Shown here: in pieces, positions 50,059-59,899 of the stretch | Layout of the letters: every line of letters begins with the position of its first letter | Position numbering within the stretch: the first letter of the stretch is position 1 | NCBI GenBank assembly: GCA_964291315.2 | Contig: OZ219753.1 | Coordinates: 704,001-768,000, forward strand | DNA: 64,000 bases | Source: Candidatus Poribacteria bacterium | Lineage (GTDB): Bacteria; Poribacteria; WGA-4E; WGA-3G | Direction: 5' to 3' | Program-made: the position numbers and the translations under genes | Notes under the pieces: model-generated | Seen by the model: the letters and a program-made list of their open reading frames with translations, nothing else | What the model was told of the DNA's origin: nothing | Database searches by the model: none

Positions 50059-52845
50059 ATGGCTCACCGCAGAAAGCTGATTGAAGTTAATATACCCCTT
50101 CAAGCTATCAACATAGAATCTGCAAAGGATGGAGCGCTGACACATGGACACCCGTCAACGTTGCACCGCTATTGGGCGCGCCGCCCGCTTGCTGCCTGCC
50201 GCGCCATTGTCTTCGCCAGCTTCGTCGACGATCCCGCCGAATGTGAGGACGAATTTCCAACCGAAGATGAACAGGGAGCCGAACGCGACCGGCTCTACGA
50301 CATCATTAAACGGCTCATCGTCTGGCAGAACAGCAACAACGAAAATCTGCTGGCAGAGGCTCGCTATGAGATCGGCTGCTCCGTTGCCCGCAACAACGGA
50401 GAAGACCTGACTGAGTTTCGTGAGCGGCACAAAGAGAATCCAGAGGCGGTTTTGCGGTATCTGCACAAGCACGCCCCTGCTGTCTACGATCCCTTCTGTG
50501 GCGGCGGTTCGGTTCCGCTTGAGGCACAGCGCTTAGGCCTGAACGCTCGAGGCTCCGACCTGAACCCGCTCCCCGTGTTGATTAACAAGGCGATGATTGA
50601 ACTGCCACCGAAGTTCCACGATGAGCCACCGGTCAACCCGGAGGCGGATCCGATGGGGATGTTCTCCGGCGGTGCGAAAAGTAAAGCTCGCGTTGCGTGG
50701 AGAGGCACTGCGGGCTTGGCAGCGGACATCCGCTACTATGGTGCGTGGATGCGCGAAGAGGCATACAAGCGGATTGGGCATCTCTATCCGAAGGTGCAGT
50801 TGCACGACGGCACTTCAGCTACTGTGGTTGCGTGGCTGTGGGCGCGCACGGTGTTGTGTATTAACCCGGCGTGTGGGCTGCAGATACCGTTGATAAAGAC
50901 GTTCCAGTTGTCGAAAAAGCGTGGACATGAGCGCTACATTAAGCCGGTGGTTGACAGAGAGACGAATACCATATCGTGGGTTGTGCAGACCGACGCTGAT
51001 GGGTTGCCGGCGCCCACGGTGATGCGCACGGGTGCGTATTGTTGCGGTTGTGGTGCGGCTGCGAAGCTGCCTTATATCCGGGAGCAGGGGAAAGCCGGCA
51101 GGATGGGAGAGACAATGACAGCGATAGTTGCTGAGGGAGAACACCGAAAGTTATTCTTGGCACCTGCTGAAACACACATTCAGGTCGCTCAGTCTGTTGA
51201 ATCCGTCCGGCGCCCAAGAGGAAGATTACCAGAACAGGCGTTAGGATTTGCAGCTCAGAATTATGGATTTACGAATTGGCATCAACTTTTCACAGAACGG
51301 CAGTTGACTGCACTCAACACCTTCTCCGAGCTGTTATCCGAAGTTCACGCTCGGATGACTCAGGAGGGTGCAACCGAAGTGTATGCCGATGCTGTCTTTA
51401 CCTATCTGTCCTTGGCTATCGAGAAAACAGCGGAGAGTCATTGCAGCTTTGCATGGTGGCAAGATCCAAGAGTTCGTACGCTTTTTACATCACATAGAAT
51501 TCAGATGACTTGGTCATTTGCTGAAGCGAACCCTTTTTCTACGTCAACACAAAATTGGATGGCACAAATAGAGTGGGTTTCAAAGGCGGTAGAGAATCTA
51601 CCTGCACCTGTGAACCTTGGCGAGGCACATCAGGCGGATGTGTGCACCACGCCACACGCCCAAGATGCACCTGTTATCATCACGGATCCCCCCTACTACG
51701 ATAACATCGGCTACGCAGACCTCTCTGATTTTTTTTATGTCTGGCTTAGACCCCTCCTGCGCAACACCTATCCCGAGCTGTTCGCCGGGATGACAACACC
51801 AAAGGCGGAAGAGATCGTCGCCAGCTCACGATTCGAGGACCCGAAACAGCATTTTGAGGATCTACTGAGCGAGTCGTTTCGGCAGATGCGTCGCTATTGT
51901 TCAGATAGATATCCAACGTCTATTTTCTACGCCTATAAGCAGCAGGAAAAAGAACAAGACGGGAAGACCTCTACCGGATGGGAGACGATGCTGGAGGCAA
52001 CTATCAACGCCGGCTTTCAGATCGTCGCCACCTGGCCCCTGCGAACAGAGGTAGAAAAAGGGCAGAAAACAGGTAAAAATACGCTCACCTCCTCTATTCT
52101 ATTGGTGTGCAGACCGCGCCCTGAGGATGCACCGCGCAGCGACAGAAACGCCTTCATACGCGCCTTGGAACATGAGATGCCTGCAGCGCTCGACCGGCTC
52201 ACCCGCATCGCAAACATCAGACCGGTCGACTTGGCACAAGCCGCTATCGGCCCCGGCATGGAGATCTACTCCCGCTATCGCAGCGTGACGCGCATGAGCG
52301 GCGAAGTTGTCTCCATACGAGAGGCGCTGCAGCACATCAACAACGCCATTACCGCCTATCACGAGAAGGTGATGGGACAATTGGACACAGAGACGCAGTT
52401 CTGTTTGACGTGGCTGCGGCAGCACGGCTACTCGGCGGGCAGTTTCGGGGATGCAGAGGCGCTTTCGAAGGCGAAGGGCGTTCATATCGAGGCGATGCAT
52501 GACACGCTGCTGCTGTCGTCTCCGGGCGAAGTGCGTCTGTTGAGATCGGAGGAATATGCGGATCGGTCGGAGGGTCGCGAGATGTCGTCGTGGGAGGGGT
52601 GTCTTCGGATGGCGTGGCATCTGTCTCACAGTGAGTTCAGCGGTGGCATTCAGGGGTGCGCGCGGGTTGCGCGCTTGATGCGTGATTATGATGGAGCGAG
52701 ACGTTTGGCTCTGATATTATACAGCCACTATGAGGAGCGCGGCGATACGGAGGCTGCGTCGCATTATAACTACTTGGTGACGGAATGGACGTATATCTAT
52801 CGGGCGATGGGTTCTCCTGAGCAGATAGAGGCGGATTTTCTATAG
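50059..52845 (+). CDS. DUF1156-domain adenine DNA methyltransferase (orphan)
   Basis: KLIEVNIPL, LHRYWARRPLAACRA, YDPFCGGGS (motif I), CINPACG, TDPPYYDNIGYADLSDFFYVW (motif IV), GWETML. Confidence 0.9.
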   Translation: MAHRRKLIEVNIPLQAINIESAKDGALTHGHPSTLHRYWARRPLAACRAIVFASFVDDPAECEDEFPTEDEQGAERDRLYDIIKRLIVWQNSNNENLLAEARYEIGCSVARNNGEDLTEFRERHKENPEAVLRYLHKHAPAVYDPFCGGGSVPLEAQRLGLNARGSDLNPLPVLINKAMIELPPKFHDEPPVNPEADPMGMFSGGAKSKARVAWRGTAGLAADIRYYGAWMREEAYKRIGHLYPKVQLHDGTSATVVAWLWARTVLCINPACGLQIPLIKTFQLSKKRGHERYIKPVVDRETNTISWVVQTDADGLPAPTVMRTGAYCCGCGAAAKLPYIREQGKAGRMGETMTAIVAEGEHRKLFLAPAETHIQVAQSVESVRRPRGRLPEQALGFAAQNYGFTNWHQLFTERQLTALNTFSELLSEVHARMTQEGATEVYADAVFTYLSLAIEKTAESHCSFAWWQDPRVRTLFTSHRIQMTWSFAEANPFSTSTQNWMAQIEWVSKAVENLPAPVNLGEAHQADVCTTPHAQDAPVIITDPPYYDNIGYADLSDFFYVWLRPLLRNTYPELFAGMTTPKAEEIVASSRFEDPKQHFEDLLSESFRQMRRYCSDRYPTSIFYAYKQQEKEQDGKTSTGWETMLEATINAGFQIVATWPLRTEVEKGQKTGKNTLTSSILLVCRPRPEDAPRSDRNAFIRALEHEMPAALDRLTRIANIRPVDLAQAAIGPGMEIYSRYRSVTRMSGEVVSIREALQHINNAITAYHEKVMGQLDTETQFCLTWLRQHGYSAGSFGDAEALSKAKGVHIEAMHDTLLLSSPGEVRLLRSEEYADRSEGREMSSWEGCLRMAWHLSHSEFSGGIQGCARVARLMRDYDGARRLALILYSHYEERGDTEAASHYNYLVTEWTYIYRAMGSPEQIEADFL

Positions 52846-52921
52846 TTTGTGCTTATCTTTTCTGTGTTTTTCTCTATTCTGTAGTTATTTCCCCGCGGTT
52901 GTGAAATTTATCTATTTCTGT

Positions 52922-53917
52922 TTAATGGGCCACGCCGATGGCTTTTCGAACTTTTGCCAAAATTGGTGCGGCGATATCGCGTGCCTTTTCTGCCCCTTTT
53001 TCAAGCACGGTGTTTAGTGCTTGGGGATTTTTCATCAGATCGTTATATCGGTTGCGCTTGTCAGAAAATGTGGTATCTAACAGCGCGAAGAGCTCTTTTT
53101 TCATTTCGCCGTAGGCGAGTCCGCCGTTGCGGTAGCGTTCTCGTTTTGCGGTGATGGCATGGGTGTCAGCGAAGTGTTGATAGATAGCGAAGATGTTGCA
53201 TGTGTCGGGTTCTTTTGGGTCTTCTGGGCGTTTGGAATCGGTTACGATTCGCATCACGGGTTTTCGGATTTGGTTAGGCGGTGCAAAGATGGGTATGACG
53301 TTGTTATAGCTTTTGCTCATTTTTCTGCCGTCGGTTCCGGGGATAGTCCTGACGTTTTCTCGGATGACGGCTTGTGGTATGGTGAAGATGTGTCCATAAT
53401 TTTTGTTGAAAGTTGAGGCGATATCGCGTGTAATTTCGAGGTGTTGTTGCTGGTCGAGTCCGACGGGTACGAGGTGTGTCCCGAAGAGTAGGATGTCTGC
53501 GGCCATCAGGACTGGGTAGGTGAAAAGTCCTGCGTTGATATTTTTATCGGCTTGTCGGCCTGCGGCGATGTTTTCATCAGCGAGAGCTTTATAGGCGTGT
53601 GCGCGGTTGAGTAGTCCTTTTGGTGTGAAACATGCTAGGATCCAGGAGAGTTCGAAGACTTCTGGGATGTCGGATTGTCGGTAGAAGATTACCTCGTCGG
53701 GGTTTAACCCGAGTGCTAGCCATGTTGCGGTTACTTGATGGGTTAGATATGTCAATTCTTTCGGGTTTCTTACGGTTGTGAGTGCGTGGTAATCTGCGAT
53801 GAAGTAGAGTGCCTGATAGTTTTCTGCGAGTTCTAGTGCGGGTTTAATCATACCGAGGTAGTTTCCGATATGGGGCTGCCCTGTTGGTTTGATTCCTGTT
53901 AAGGTTATCTGGTTCAA
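52922..53917 (-). CDS. trpS: Tryptophan--tRNA ligase
   Basis: TGIKPTGQPHIGNY, YPVLMAADIL, VPVGLDQQQH, KMSKS. Confidence 0.96.
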   Translation of the reverse strand: MNQITLTGIKPTGQPHIGNYLGMIKPALELAENYQALYFIADYHALTTVRNPKELTYLTHQVTATWLALGLNPDEVIFYRQSDIPEVFELSWILACFTPKGLLNRAHAYKALADENIAAGRQADKNINAGLFTYPVLMAADILLFGTHLVPVGLDQQQHLEITRDIASTFNKNYGHIFTIPQAVIRENVRTIPGTDGRKMSKSYNNVIPIFAPPNQIRKPVMRIVTDSKRPEDPKEPDTCNIFAIYQHFADTHAITAKRERYRNGGLAYGEMKKELFALLDTTFSDKRNRYNDLMKNPQALNTVLEKGAEKARDIAAPILAKVRKAIGVAH

Positions 53918-53976
53918 TGTGTGTTTTCTCCTTTTGGCTGTTATGGCTTTTATTTAGGGTGCTGTGGTTTATATAT

Positions 53977-54792
53977 TCAAGTGTGCTTCTGAATCTTGAG
54001 GGTATCGCCTTGCGTGATTCCCAAAGTTTTTTTGGCGCTGCCGCCATTTACAGCGATTTCTAGGAGTCCGTTACTGCCGATAATAGCCAGTGGTTCGCCT
54101 ATTTTGGCATTGGCGTAGGTTGTTTTCAGGTGTCTAATGGTTGTGTTTCTTATGTTAATCTGATATGGTGCTGCGTGTGAGAAGTCGGCGAGCATGCTAT
54201 CCGAGATATTTGTTATAGCGTTTCCGAAGGTATCGATTTTGACAATCTGTCCGGTCAAGGTATTTATGGAGCGTTGTGGTTTCTGAATGGGGATCTGGAC
54301 GGGGTTTTGGATGCTGGGTCCGATGTTTGTGAGCGGTACGCCGAGGGATAGATGTGCTGCAACGGGTGCGAAAATATCTCGGCCGTGGAACGTGTTGCTC
54401 ACTTCTGTCAAAAAGTAATCTGGGTTTTGAATTGCGATTGTGTTTTTTGCGGGTGCTGTTTCATTCTCGGTTTCTTGTAGGAGGTAGGTCAGTATGCCGT
54501 TATCGGGGCAGACGAAGAGAGCGTGTTGCGTTTGGCAAACGATTGCTTGTCGGTGGCTTCCTACTCCTGGGTCAACGACGAGGGTATGAATTGTGCCTTG
54601 GGGGAAGTAGCGGTGTGCTGAGTGGATTAAGAATGCGGCTTCGTGAATGTCTTGTGCTGGGATGTCGTGTGTGATGTCGACTATGCGTGCGTTTGGGTTA
54701 ATACTGAGGATTACGCCTTTCATAACTCCTGCATAAGCGTCGCTCATGCCGAAGTCAGTTGTGAGTGTGATAATGTGGGGTTGCTTGTTCAT
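53977..54792 (-). CDS. SAM hydrolase / SAM-dependent halogenase family protein (DUF62)
   Basis: ITLTTDFG, VVDPGVGS, PDNG, STFHGRDIFAP-like (NTFHGRDIFAP), IDTFGN, LEIAVNGG; start placed at ATG 54792. Confidence 0.92.
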   Translation of the reverse strand: MNKQPHIITLTTDFGMSDAYAGVMKGVILSINPNARIVDITHDIPAQDIHEAAFLIHSAHRYFPQGTIHTLVVDPGVGSHRQAIVCQTQHALFVCPDNGILTYLLQETENETAPAKNTIAIQNPDYFLTEVSNTFHGRDIFAPVAAHLSLGVPLTNIGPSIQNPVQIPIQKPQRSINTLTGQIVKIDTFGNAITNISDSMLADFSHAAPYQINIRNTTIRHLKTTYANAKIGEPLAIIGSNGLLEIAVNGGSAKKTLGITQGDTLKIQKHT

Positions 54793-54796
54793 AGGG

Positions 54797-55597
54797 TTAG
54801 AGGTTTTCTTGCATCCATGTGAAGCTTTTTTGTTGTCCGGTTCCGTCGTTTTCTGTTCCCTCATATTCACAGCACCAGACGCCGTTGTATCCTGCGTTTT
54901 TCAGGGCTCGTATTGCGCGTGTGAGGTCTATTTCGCCTTCGCCGAGTGCTTCGCCGCGGTAGTTGGCGCGTGTGCCTGTTCCGTCTTTCAGGTGCGTGTG
55001 CAGTGTATAGGGGGCGATGATTTCATAATATCTGCCGACTGTCTCTAGGTCGTGGCCTGCCCAGCGGTAATTCATTGTGTCCATGTTGGCGCCGACGTAT
55101 TTAGAATTGACGCGTGTAAAGAGTTCTACCTGCAGATCTCCGTCATTGGTAACGTTGCCGTGGTTGTCAACTGCGAGGTAGACTTCGTGGTGTTCTGCGA
55201 ATTCGAGGCATCGTGTGAGGCATGTTGCCATGGCTTCGATCCATCGGTTTTCTGGGACGTTGTCTTTGGGGTTGCCGCCCTCGGTGCGGAGTGTTGATGT
55301 GCCGAGCAGTTTGGCGAGTTTGGCGATGTGCTCCATTCGTTGAACTTGGGCTCGGATGGCTTGTTCTTCGAGCAGTACGAAATCGTTTCCTGCTGCGAGT
55401 GCGGAGACTTGTAGTCCGTAGTGTTCGACCTGTTTTCTGACGTTTTCGGCGTTTTGTTCGGGCGTGGTTGTTTCGGTGTGCCAGATGTCTCCTATTTGGA
55501 GTTCGACGTAGCTGAATCCTGTTTCGCTGGTAAATCTCAGAAAATCGTCTAGTGATTTGCTGGCATAGTTATAGTGAATAAGTCCTAATTTTGACAT
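54797..55597 (-). CDS. Sugar phosphate isomerase/epimerase (TIM barrel)
   Basis: GFSYVEL, AVDNHG, NMDTMN, HTHLKDG, LGEGEID, CCEYEG; start at ATG 55597 with Shine-Dalgarno. Confidence 0.85.
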   Translation of the reverse strand: MSKLGLIHYNYASKSLDDFLRFTSETGFSYVELQIGDIWHTETTTPEQNAENVRKQVEHYGLQVSALAAGNDFVLLEEQAIRAQVQRMEHIAKLAKLLGTSTLRTEGGNPKDNVPENRWIEAMATCLTRCLEFAEHHEVYLAVDNHGNVTNDGDLQVELFTRVNSKYVGANMDTMNYRWAGHDLETVGRYYEIIAPYTLHTHLKDGTGTRANYRGEALGEGEIDLTRAIRALKNAGYNGVWCCEYEGTENDGTGQQKSFTWMQENL

Positions 55598-55650
55598 AAG
55601 TTTTACTTCCTTTCCCGTTGGGAAAAGTGTGGTAATTTGTGTTAAAAGAG

Positions 55651-55705
55651 TTGCATTCTTTAAGGATATCATGCTATAATACTTTGACTATTGTATATGT
55701 GTCAA
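55651..55705. promoter_or_regulatory. Overlapping divergent promoters (mqnE side and isomerase side)
   Basis: + strand TTGCAT-18-TATAAT; - strand TTGACA-18-TATTAT; TTGAC-N12-GTCAA inverted repeat at 55684-55705. Confidence 0.45.
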
Positions 55706-55795
55706 GTTTTTTTTAGGTTGTGGATAGAAAAATTTGGGCTATGAGCTGCGTCGAAGCAGAGAAAGATTGATAATTGATTCAGGAAGAGAAAAATA

Positions 55796-56932
55796 ATGGG
55801 TAACTACAATCGCTTTAGCGACCCGAAATTGCCTGCCATCTATGAAAAGGTTGAGGCAGAGGAGCGTCTCTGCTTTGCGGATGGTGTTTCGCTTTACGAA
55901 AGCGAGGATATTACGGGCGTTGGATTTATTGCGAATCGTGTGCGTGAGCGTCTTAATGGAAACCTCACCTACTATAATATTAATCAACACATTGACTATT
56001 CGAATGTGTGTATTCTCCATGCTCGGTGCCATTTTTGTGCGTTTGCGCGAAAGAACATAAAGAGTGATGGTGCTTGGGAGTTGAGCGTTGACGAGTTTTT
56101 GGACAAGGCGATGTATTCGCTGGATCAGGGGTGCACTGAGATTCACAGTGTGGGTGGTTTGCATCCGAAGTTACCGTTTGACTATTATCTGGATATTATT
56201 CGTGGATTGAAGGAGCGGATGCCGGAGGTGCATCTGAAATTTTTCACTGCTGTGGAAATTCATCACTTCTCACGTATTTTTAAGATGTCCATAGAAGAGA
56301 TACTGTTGGCGTTAAGGGAAGCGGGCTTAGATTCACTGCCGGGTGGTGGTGCTGAGATTTTTGCGGAGGAGACTCGTGAGAAAGTTTGTCCCGGGAAGTT
56401 GAGTGCATCGGGCTGGTTAGAGGTCCACGATATTGCGCATCGTCTCGGTATTTCGACGAATGCGACGATGCTGTATGGACATCTTGAGACGGTTGAAGAC
56501 AGGGTTGACCATTTGATCAGATTGCGTGAGCAGCAGGATAAGTCGGGTGGATTTGTGACGTTCATACCGTTGGCGTTTCATCCGGCGAACACGCGGATGG
56601 CCTATCTGCCTTCGACGACGGGTTTGACAGATATTCGGAATGTTGCTGTTGCGCGTTTGATGTTGGACAATATCCCGCATATCAAAGTTTATTGGATTAT
56701 GACGGGTTTGAAGACGGCTCAGGTGGCGCTGTGTTTTGGTGCTGATGATATTGATGGTACTGTGACGGAGGAGAAGATCACGCATATGGCGGGTGCGGAC
56801 ACGCCGGAGGCGGTTTCGGTTTCGGAGTTAGTGCATCTGATTGAAGAGGCAGGTTTTGTGGCTGTTGAGCGTGATACACTTTACAATGAGATTGTGCGAG
56901 AGGGGAATCAGTGGTACAGAAAAGCCGCTTAA
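55796..56932 (+). CDS. mqnE: Aminofutalosine synthase (radical SAM)
   Basis: CILHARCHFC, EIHSVGGLHP, PGGGAEIF, NATMLYGH, ARLMLDNIPHIKVYW, FGADDIDGTVTEEKITHMAG; next to mqnA. Confidence 0.9.
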   Translation: MGNYNRFSDPKLPAIYEKVEAEERLCFADGVSLYESEDITGVGFIANRVRERLNGNLTYYNINQHIDYSNVCILHARCHFCAFARKNIKSDGAWELSVDEFLDKAMYSLDQGCTEIHSVGGLHPKLPFDYYLDIIRGLKERMPEVHLKFFTAVEIHHFSRIFKMSIEEILLALREAGLDSLPGGGAEIFAEETREKVCPGKLSASGWLEVHDIAHRLGISTNATMLYGHLETVEDRVDHLIRLREQQDKSGGFVTFIPLAFHPANTRMAYLPSTTGLTDIRNVAVARLMLDNIPHIKVYWIMTGLKTAQVALCFGADDIDGTVTEEKITHMAGADTPEAVSVSELVHLIEEAGFVAVERDTLYNEIVREGNQWYRKAA

Positions 56933-57750
56933 GGGTCGAAGCGGTATCGTTTTTGAATACAAAGCCGCTGATTTATCCGTTGTTGAATGGTGAGATCCGT
57001 GCGGATATAGAGTTGAGTGTGAATGTCCCGAGTCGTGCTGCTATGCGCTTAAGTGCGGGTGAGATTGATGTGGGTCTCATTTCGAGTATAGAGTATTTTC
57101 GGTCGGATCCGTTGCGTGGTGCTTACTGCATTTTACCGGGTATATCGATTGCTTCGCATGGCTGTATTTTGAGTATCCAATTATTTAGTCGTGTGCCGAT
57201 TCGGGAAATTCGACGGGTTGCGCTTGATACAAATTCTAGGACTTCTGTTGCGCTGTTAAAGATTTTGCTTGCTGAAATGTATCAGATATCGCCGTGTTTT
57301 ACTGCGTGTGCGCCGACGGTAGATCCACAGCGAGTTCTTTGTGCGGGTGTTGATGCGGGTGTTGATGCGATTCTTCTCATCGGTGATTCAGCGTTGAGGC
57401 ATCTTGGTTCAACTGCCTATAGTCTTGATTTGGGTGAGGCGTGGTATCGGTTTGCTGGTCTCCCTTTTGTGTATGCGTGCTGGGTAGCGCGGCGTGAGGT
57501 GGATCTCGGTGACTTGCCGGAGCTGCTCTTGGCCTCGAAGGCGCGGGGCATCTCGGATATCCCGGAAATTGCTCGTGTTGAGTCGAAAAAGTTAGGGTTG
57601 CCTGAGGCGCTTTGCGTTGCTTATTTACAGCGTCACATCAAGTTTGATTTGGGTGAGTCTGAGATTGCGGGTCTTGAGCTTTTTTATAAGTACGCTGTGA
57701 AGAATAGGTTGGCGCCGTCCTGCCGTTCTCTCTTGTTTAAACAGATATAG
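56911..57750 (+). CDS. mqnA: Chorismate dehydratase (futalosine pathway)
   Basis: VSFLNTKPL, SRTSVALL, LLIGDSAL, DLGEAW...GLPFVYACW. Confidence 0.92.
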   Translation: MVQKSRLRVEAVSFLNTKPLIYPLLNGEIRADIELSVNVPSRAAMRLSAGEIDVGLISSIEYFRSDPLRGAYCILPGISIASHGCILSIQLFSRVPIREIRRVALDTNSRTSVALLKILLAEMYQISPCFTACAPTVDPQRVLCAGVDAGVDAILLIGDSALRHLGSTAYSLDLGEAWYRFAGLPFVYACWVARREVDLGDLPELLLASKARGISDIPEIARVESKKLGLPEALCVAYLQRHIKFDLGESEIAGLELFYKYAVKNRLAPSCRSLLFKQI

Positions 57751-57772
57751 TTATTAATAAAAGGGGTCAAAA

Positions 57773-58276
57773 ATGCAGACGGCTAGCGATAAGTCCGGGT
57801 TGGATGGGGAGTTTGTGAAGCGGTTTGAGGACTATCTTAAAAGTTGTGGGTTGCGTTTGACTCGGAAGCGTTTGGCTATTTTGAACCAAGTTTTTGAGTA
57901 TCCGGGTCATTTTCAGACGGAGGATCTCTTGGTTCAGATGCGCCGGAACGGGTATCTGGTGTCGCGTCCGACTATCTATCGGACGTTGCCGCTGCTTGTA
58001 AAGAGCGGTTTGTTAACCGAGTTCATTGATGCTCATAAAAACACGCGTTATGAGCGTATTCACTCGCTCCAGGAGCATGCGCATTTGATTTGTCTCCGCT
58101 GCAATCAGATTATTGAGTTTAAAGAACCTCAGATTGATGCGTTGCAGAAATCGGTGTGTGAGGCTCATCAGTTTAAGCCGGTGCGTTTCCGCAATGAGAT
58201 TATTGGTCACTGTGCGGAGTGCCAGGCGGAGTTGGATCCCAAAATATCCGATGTAGACAGTGTTGTGTCTGCTTAA
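57773..58276 (+). CDS. Fur family transcriptional regulator
   Basis: GLRLTRKRLAIL, SRPTIYRTL, HAHLICLRC, GHCAEC. Confidence 0.92.
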   Translation: MQTASDKSGLDGEFVKRFEDYLKSCGLRLTRKRLAILNQVFEYPGHFQTEDLLVQMRRNGYLVSRPTIYRTLPLLVKSGLLTEFIDAHKNTRYERIHSLQEHAHLICLRCNQIIEFKEPQIDALQKSVCEAHQFKPVRFRNEIIGHCAECQAELDPKISDVDSVVSA

Positions 58277-58313
58277 GGTGTCTCTGGTTTCTGGGCGTAA
58301 GTAGAATGCGGAT

Positions 58314-58342
58314 TTGACAGGCGGTTGAAAATGTTGTATAAT
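58314..58342 (+). promoter_or_regulatory. Consensus sigma70 promoter of iscU-like/iscA
   Basis: TTGACA-17 nt-TATAAT. Confidence 0.65.
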
Positions 58343-58388
58343 TTTGAAAATAGGTTTGCTCTGAATAGAAAAGTTATGTAGGGTATGT

Positions 58389-58763
58389 TTGGTGTATACG
58401 CCACAGGTAATTGAACATTACGAGAATCCGCGCAATGTTGGAAGTGTTTCTGATGCGAACGGTGTAGCCGTTGTGGGTTCTGCTGCCGAGGGCGAGATGA
58501 TAAAGTTGACACTCAAGGTGGTGCGGGGTGTGATTGTTAAGGCGAAGTTCAGGGCGTTTGGTTGTCCTACAGCTATTGCGAGTGCGTCTGTGCTTACGGA
58601 AATGGTTATAGGCAGCGAGTTTTCAGAGGCGCTTAAAACGACGGGTGTCCAGATTTCGGAGGCGTTAGGCGGTTTGCCCCCGGAGAAGTTTCGTTACGCT
58701 GACGCTGCCTCGAAAGTTCTGGAAGGGGCAGTCGCTGATTTTATGTCTAAAAAGGAGATGTAA
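58389..58763 (+). CDS. IscU/NifU-N family protein with atypical ligand set (single Cys)
   Basis: VIEHYENPRNVG, KFRAFGCPTAIAS, LGGLPPEK. Confidence 0.85.
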   Translation: MVYTPQVIEHYENPRNVGSVSDANGVAVVGSAAEGEMIKLTLKVVRGVIVKAKFRAFGCPTAIASASVLTEMVIGSEFSEALKTTGVQISEALGGLPPEKFRYADAASKVLEGAVADFMSKKEM

Positions 58764-58768
58764 GTATA

Positions 58769-59098
58769 ATGATTACTGTTACAGAGTCTGCTGCTCAAAA
58801 AGCTATTACGCTCATTAGCCACGATGAGACTCGGTCTGAGTCCGAGTTGGGTTTACGGATGCAAGTGGTCGGTGGTGGATGCTCCGGTTTCCAATACAGT
58901 CTTGAGTTCAGTTCTGCGAAAGATACCGACAAGGTGTTTGAATTTCATGGCTTGAAGGTGTTTATTGATCCGAGGAGCACGTTGTATCTTGCTGGTTCGG
59001 TGCTGGACTATAACGATGGCTTAATGGATTCGGGATTCAAAATAACGAATCCAAACGCCAAGAACACCTGTGGTTGCGGTGAGTCATTTGGCGTTTAG
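58769..59098 (+). CDS. A-type Fe-S carrier (IscA/ErpA/HesB)
   Basis: GGGCSGFQY, NPNAKNTCGCGESF. Confidence 0.95.
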   Translation: MITVTESAAQKAITLISHDETRSESELGLRMQVVGGGCSGFQYSLEFSSAKDTDKVFEFHGLKVFIDPRSTLYLAGSVLDYNDGLMDSGFKITNPNAKNTCGCGESFGV

Positions 59099-59117
59099 GA
59101 TTCGGTGTTGGTTTGTT

Positions 59118-59876
59118 CTATAGTGTTTTATAGAGTTCTGCGTGCCGTTGGAGTACGGTTTCTGGATCCTTTGGGTTGATAACCTCTATAGAGACGAATC
59201 CGTCATATCCGTCTTGTGCAAGTAGCGTGAGAGAGTCTTTTTCGGTTTCTGGGATTGGGCCGTTGTCTCCAAAGTTAACGTGTGCGTGTCGGACTTTGCC
59301 GCGCAGATGCACGTAAGCGACGCTGATGGGTTCTCCGTGTCGGACGTGATGTGCTGCGTGCCAATTGACGAAGGTATTTTTTGCGTTTGCTCGGTATATG
59401 GTTTCGGTGACCCAGCTGGCGATGAGGTTGCCGTGTGTTTCGAGGCAGAGCGTGACTCCGGCTTCTCCGGCTAGTTTGTCGCAAGCGCGAATGCCTTCTG
59501 CTTCCCAATCTAGAGCTTGTGATACCTCAATAGGTGTTTCTGGCACTTTATCCCCGAAGATACGAATATTTTTTGCCTGCATTTCCGCTGCGAGGTCTAT
59601 ATATCGTTTGAGGAGTTCTACCTGCTGTTTGCGTGTGTTGCTGTCGGGGTTGATGAACCGGCAGCCTGTGGCGATGCAAGAGAGTTGGATGCCGCTTTCT
59701 GCAAATCGGTTGCGTGCGTCTCGGAGTTGTTGGGGTGTTGAATTCAATTCCACACCGTGTTGATGATCCCACTCCACGCGAAGCTCTAGGTGTTCGTAGT
59801 TATAATGTTTTGCCCTATCAATGAGTTGTGGAAGTGTTAGGGTTGGACAGACAGACGACATAAAACCGAATTTCAT
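59118..59876 (-). CDS. Sugar phosphate isomerase/epimerase (TIM barrel)
   Basis: LELRV, IRIFG, LCLETHG, HAHV, GYDGFVSIE. Confidence 0.82.
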   Translation of the reverse strand: MKFGFMSSVCPTLTLPQLIDRAKHYNYEHLELRVEWDHQHGVELNSTPQQLRDARNRFAESGIQLSCIATGCRFINPDSNTRKQQVELLKRYIDLAAEMQAKNIRIFGDKVPETPIEVSQALDWEAEGIRACDKLAGEAGVTLCLETHGNLIASWVTETIYRANAKNTFVNWHAAHHVRHGEPISVAYVHLRGKVRHAHVNFGDNGPIPETEKDSLTLLAQDGYDGFVSIEVINPKDPETVLQRHAELYKTL

Positions 59877-59899
59877 GTGAAACCTCCAATAGTGTTAAC

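Noticed and set aside
53977-54792. Fluorinase/chlorinase for halometabolite synthesis
   Set aside because: It has the FHGRD motif typical of DUF62 SAM hydrolases and no biosynthetic cluster context.
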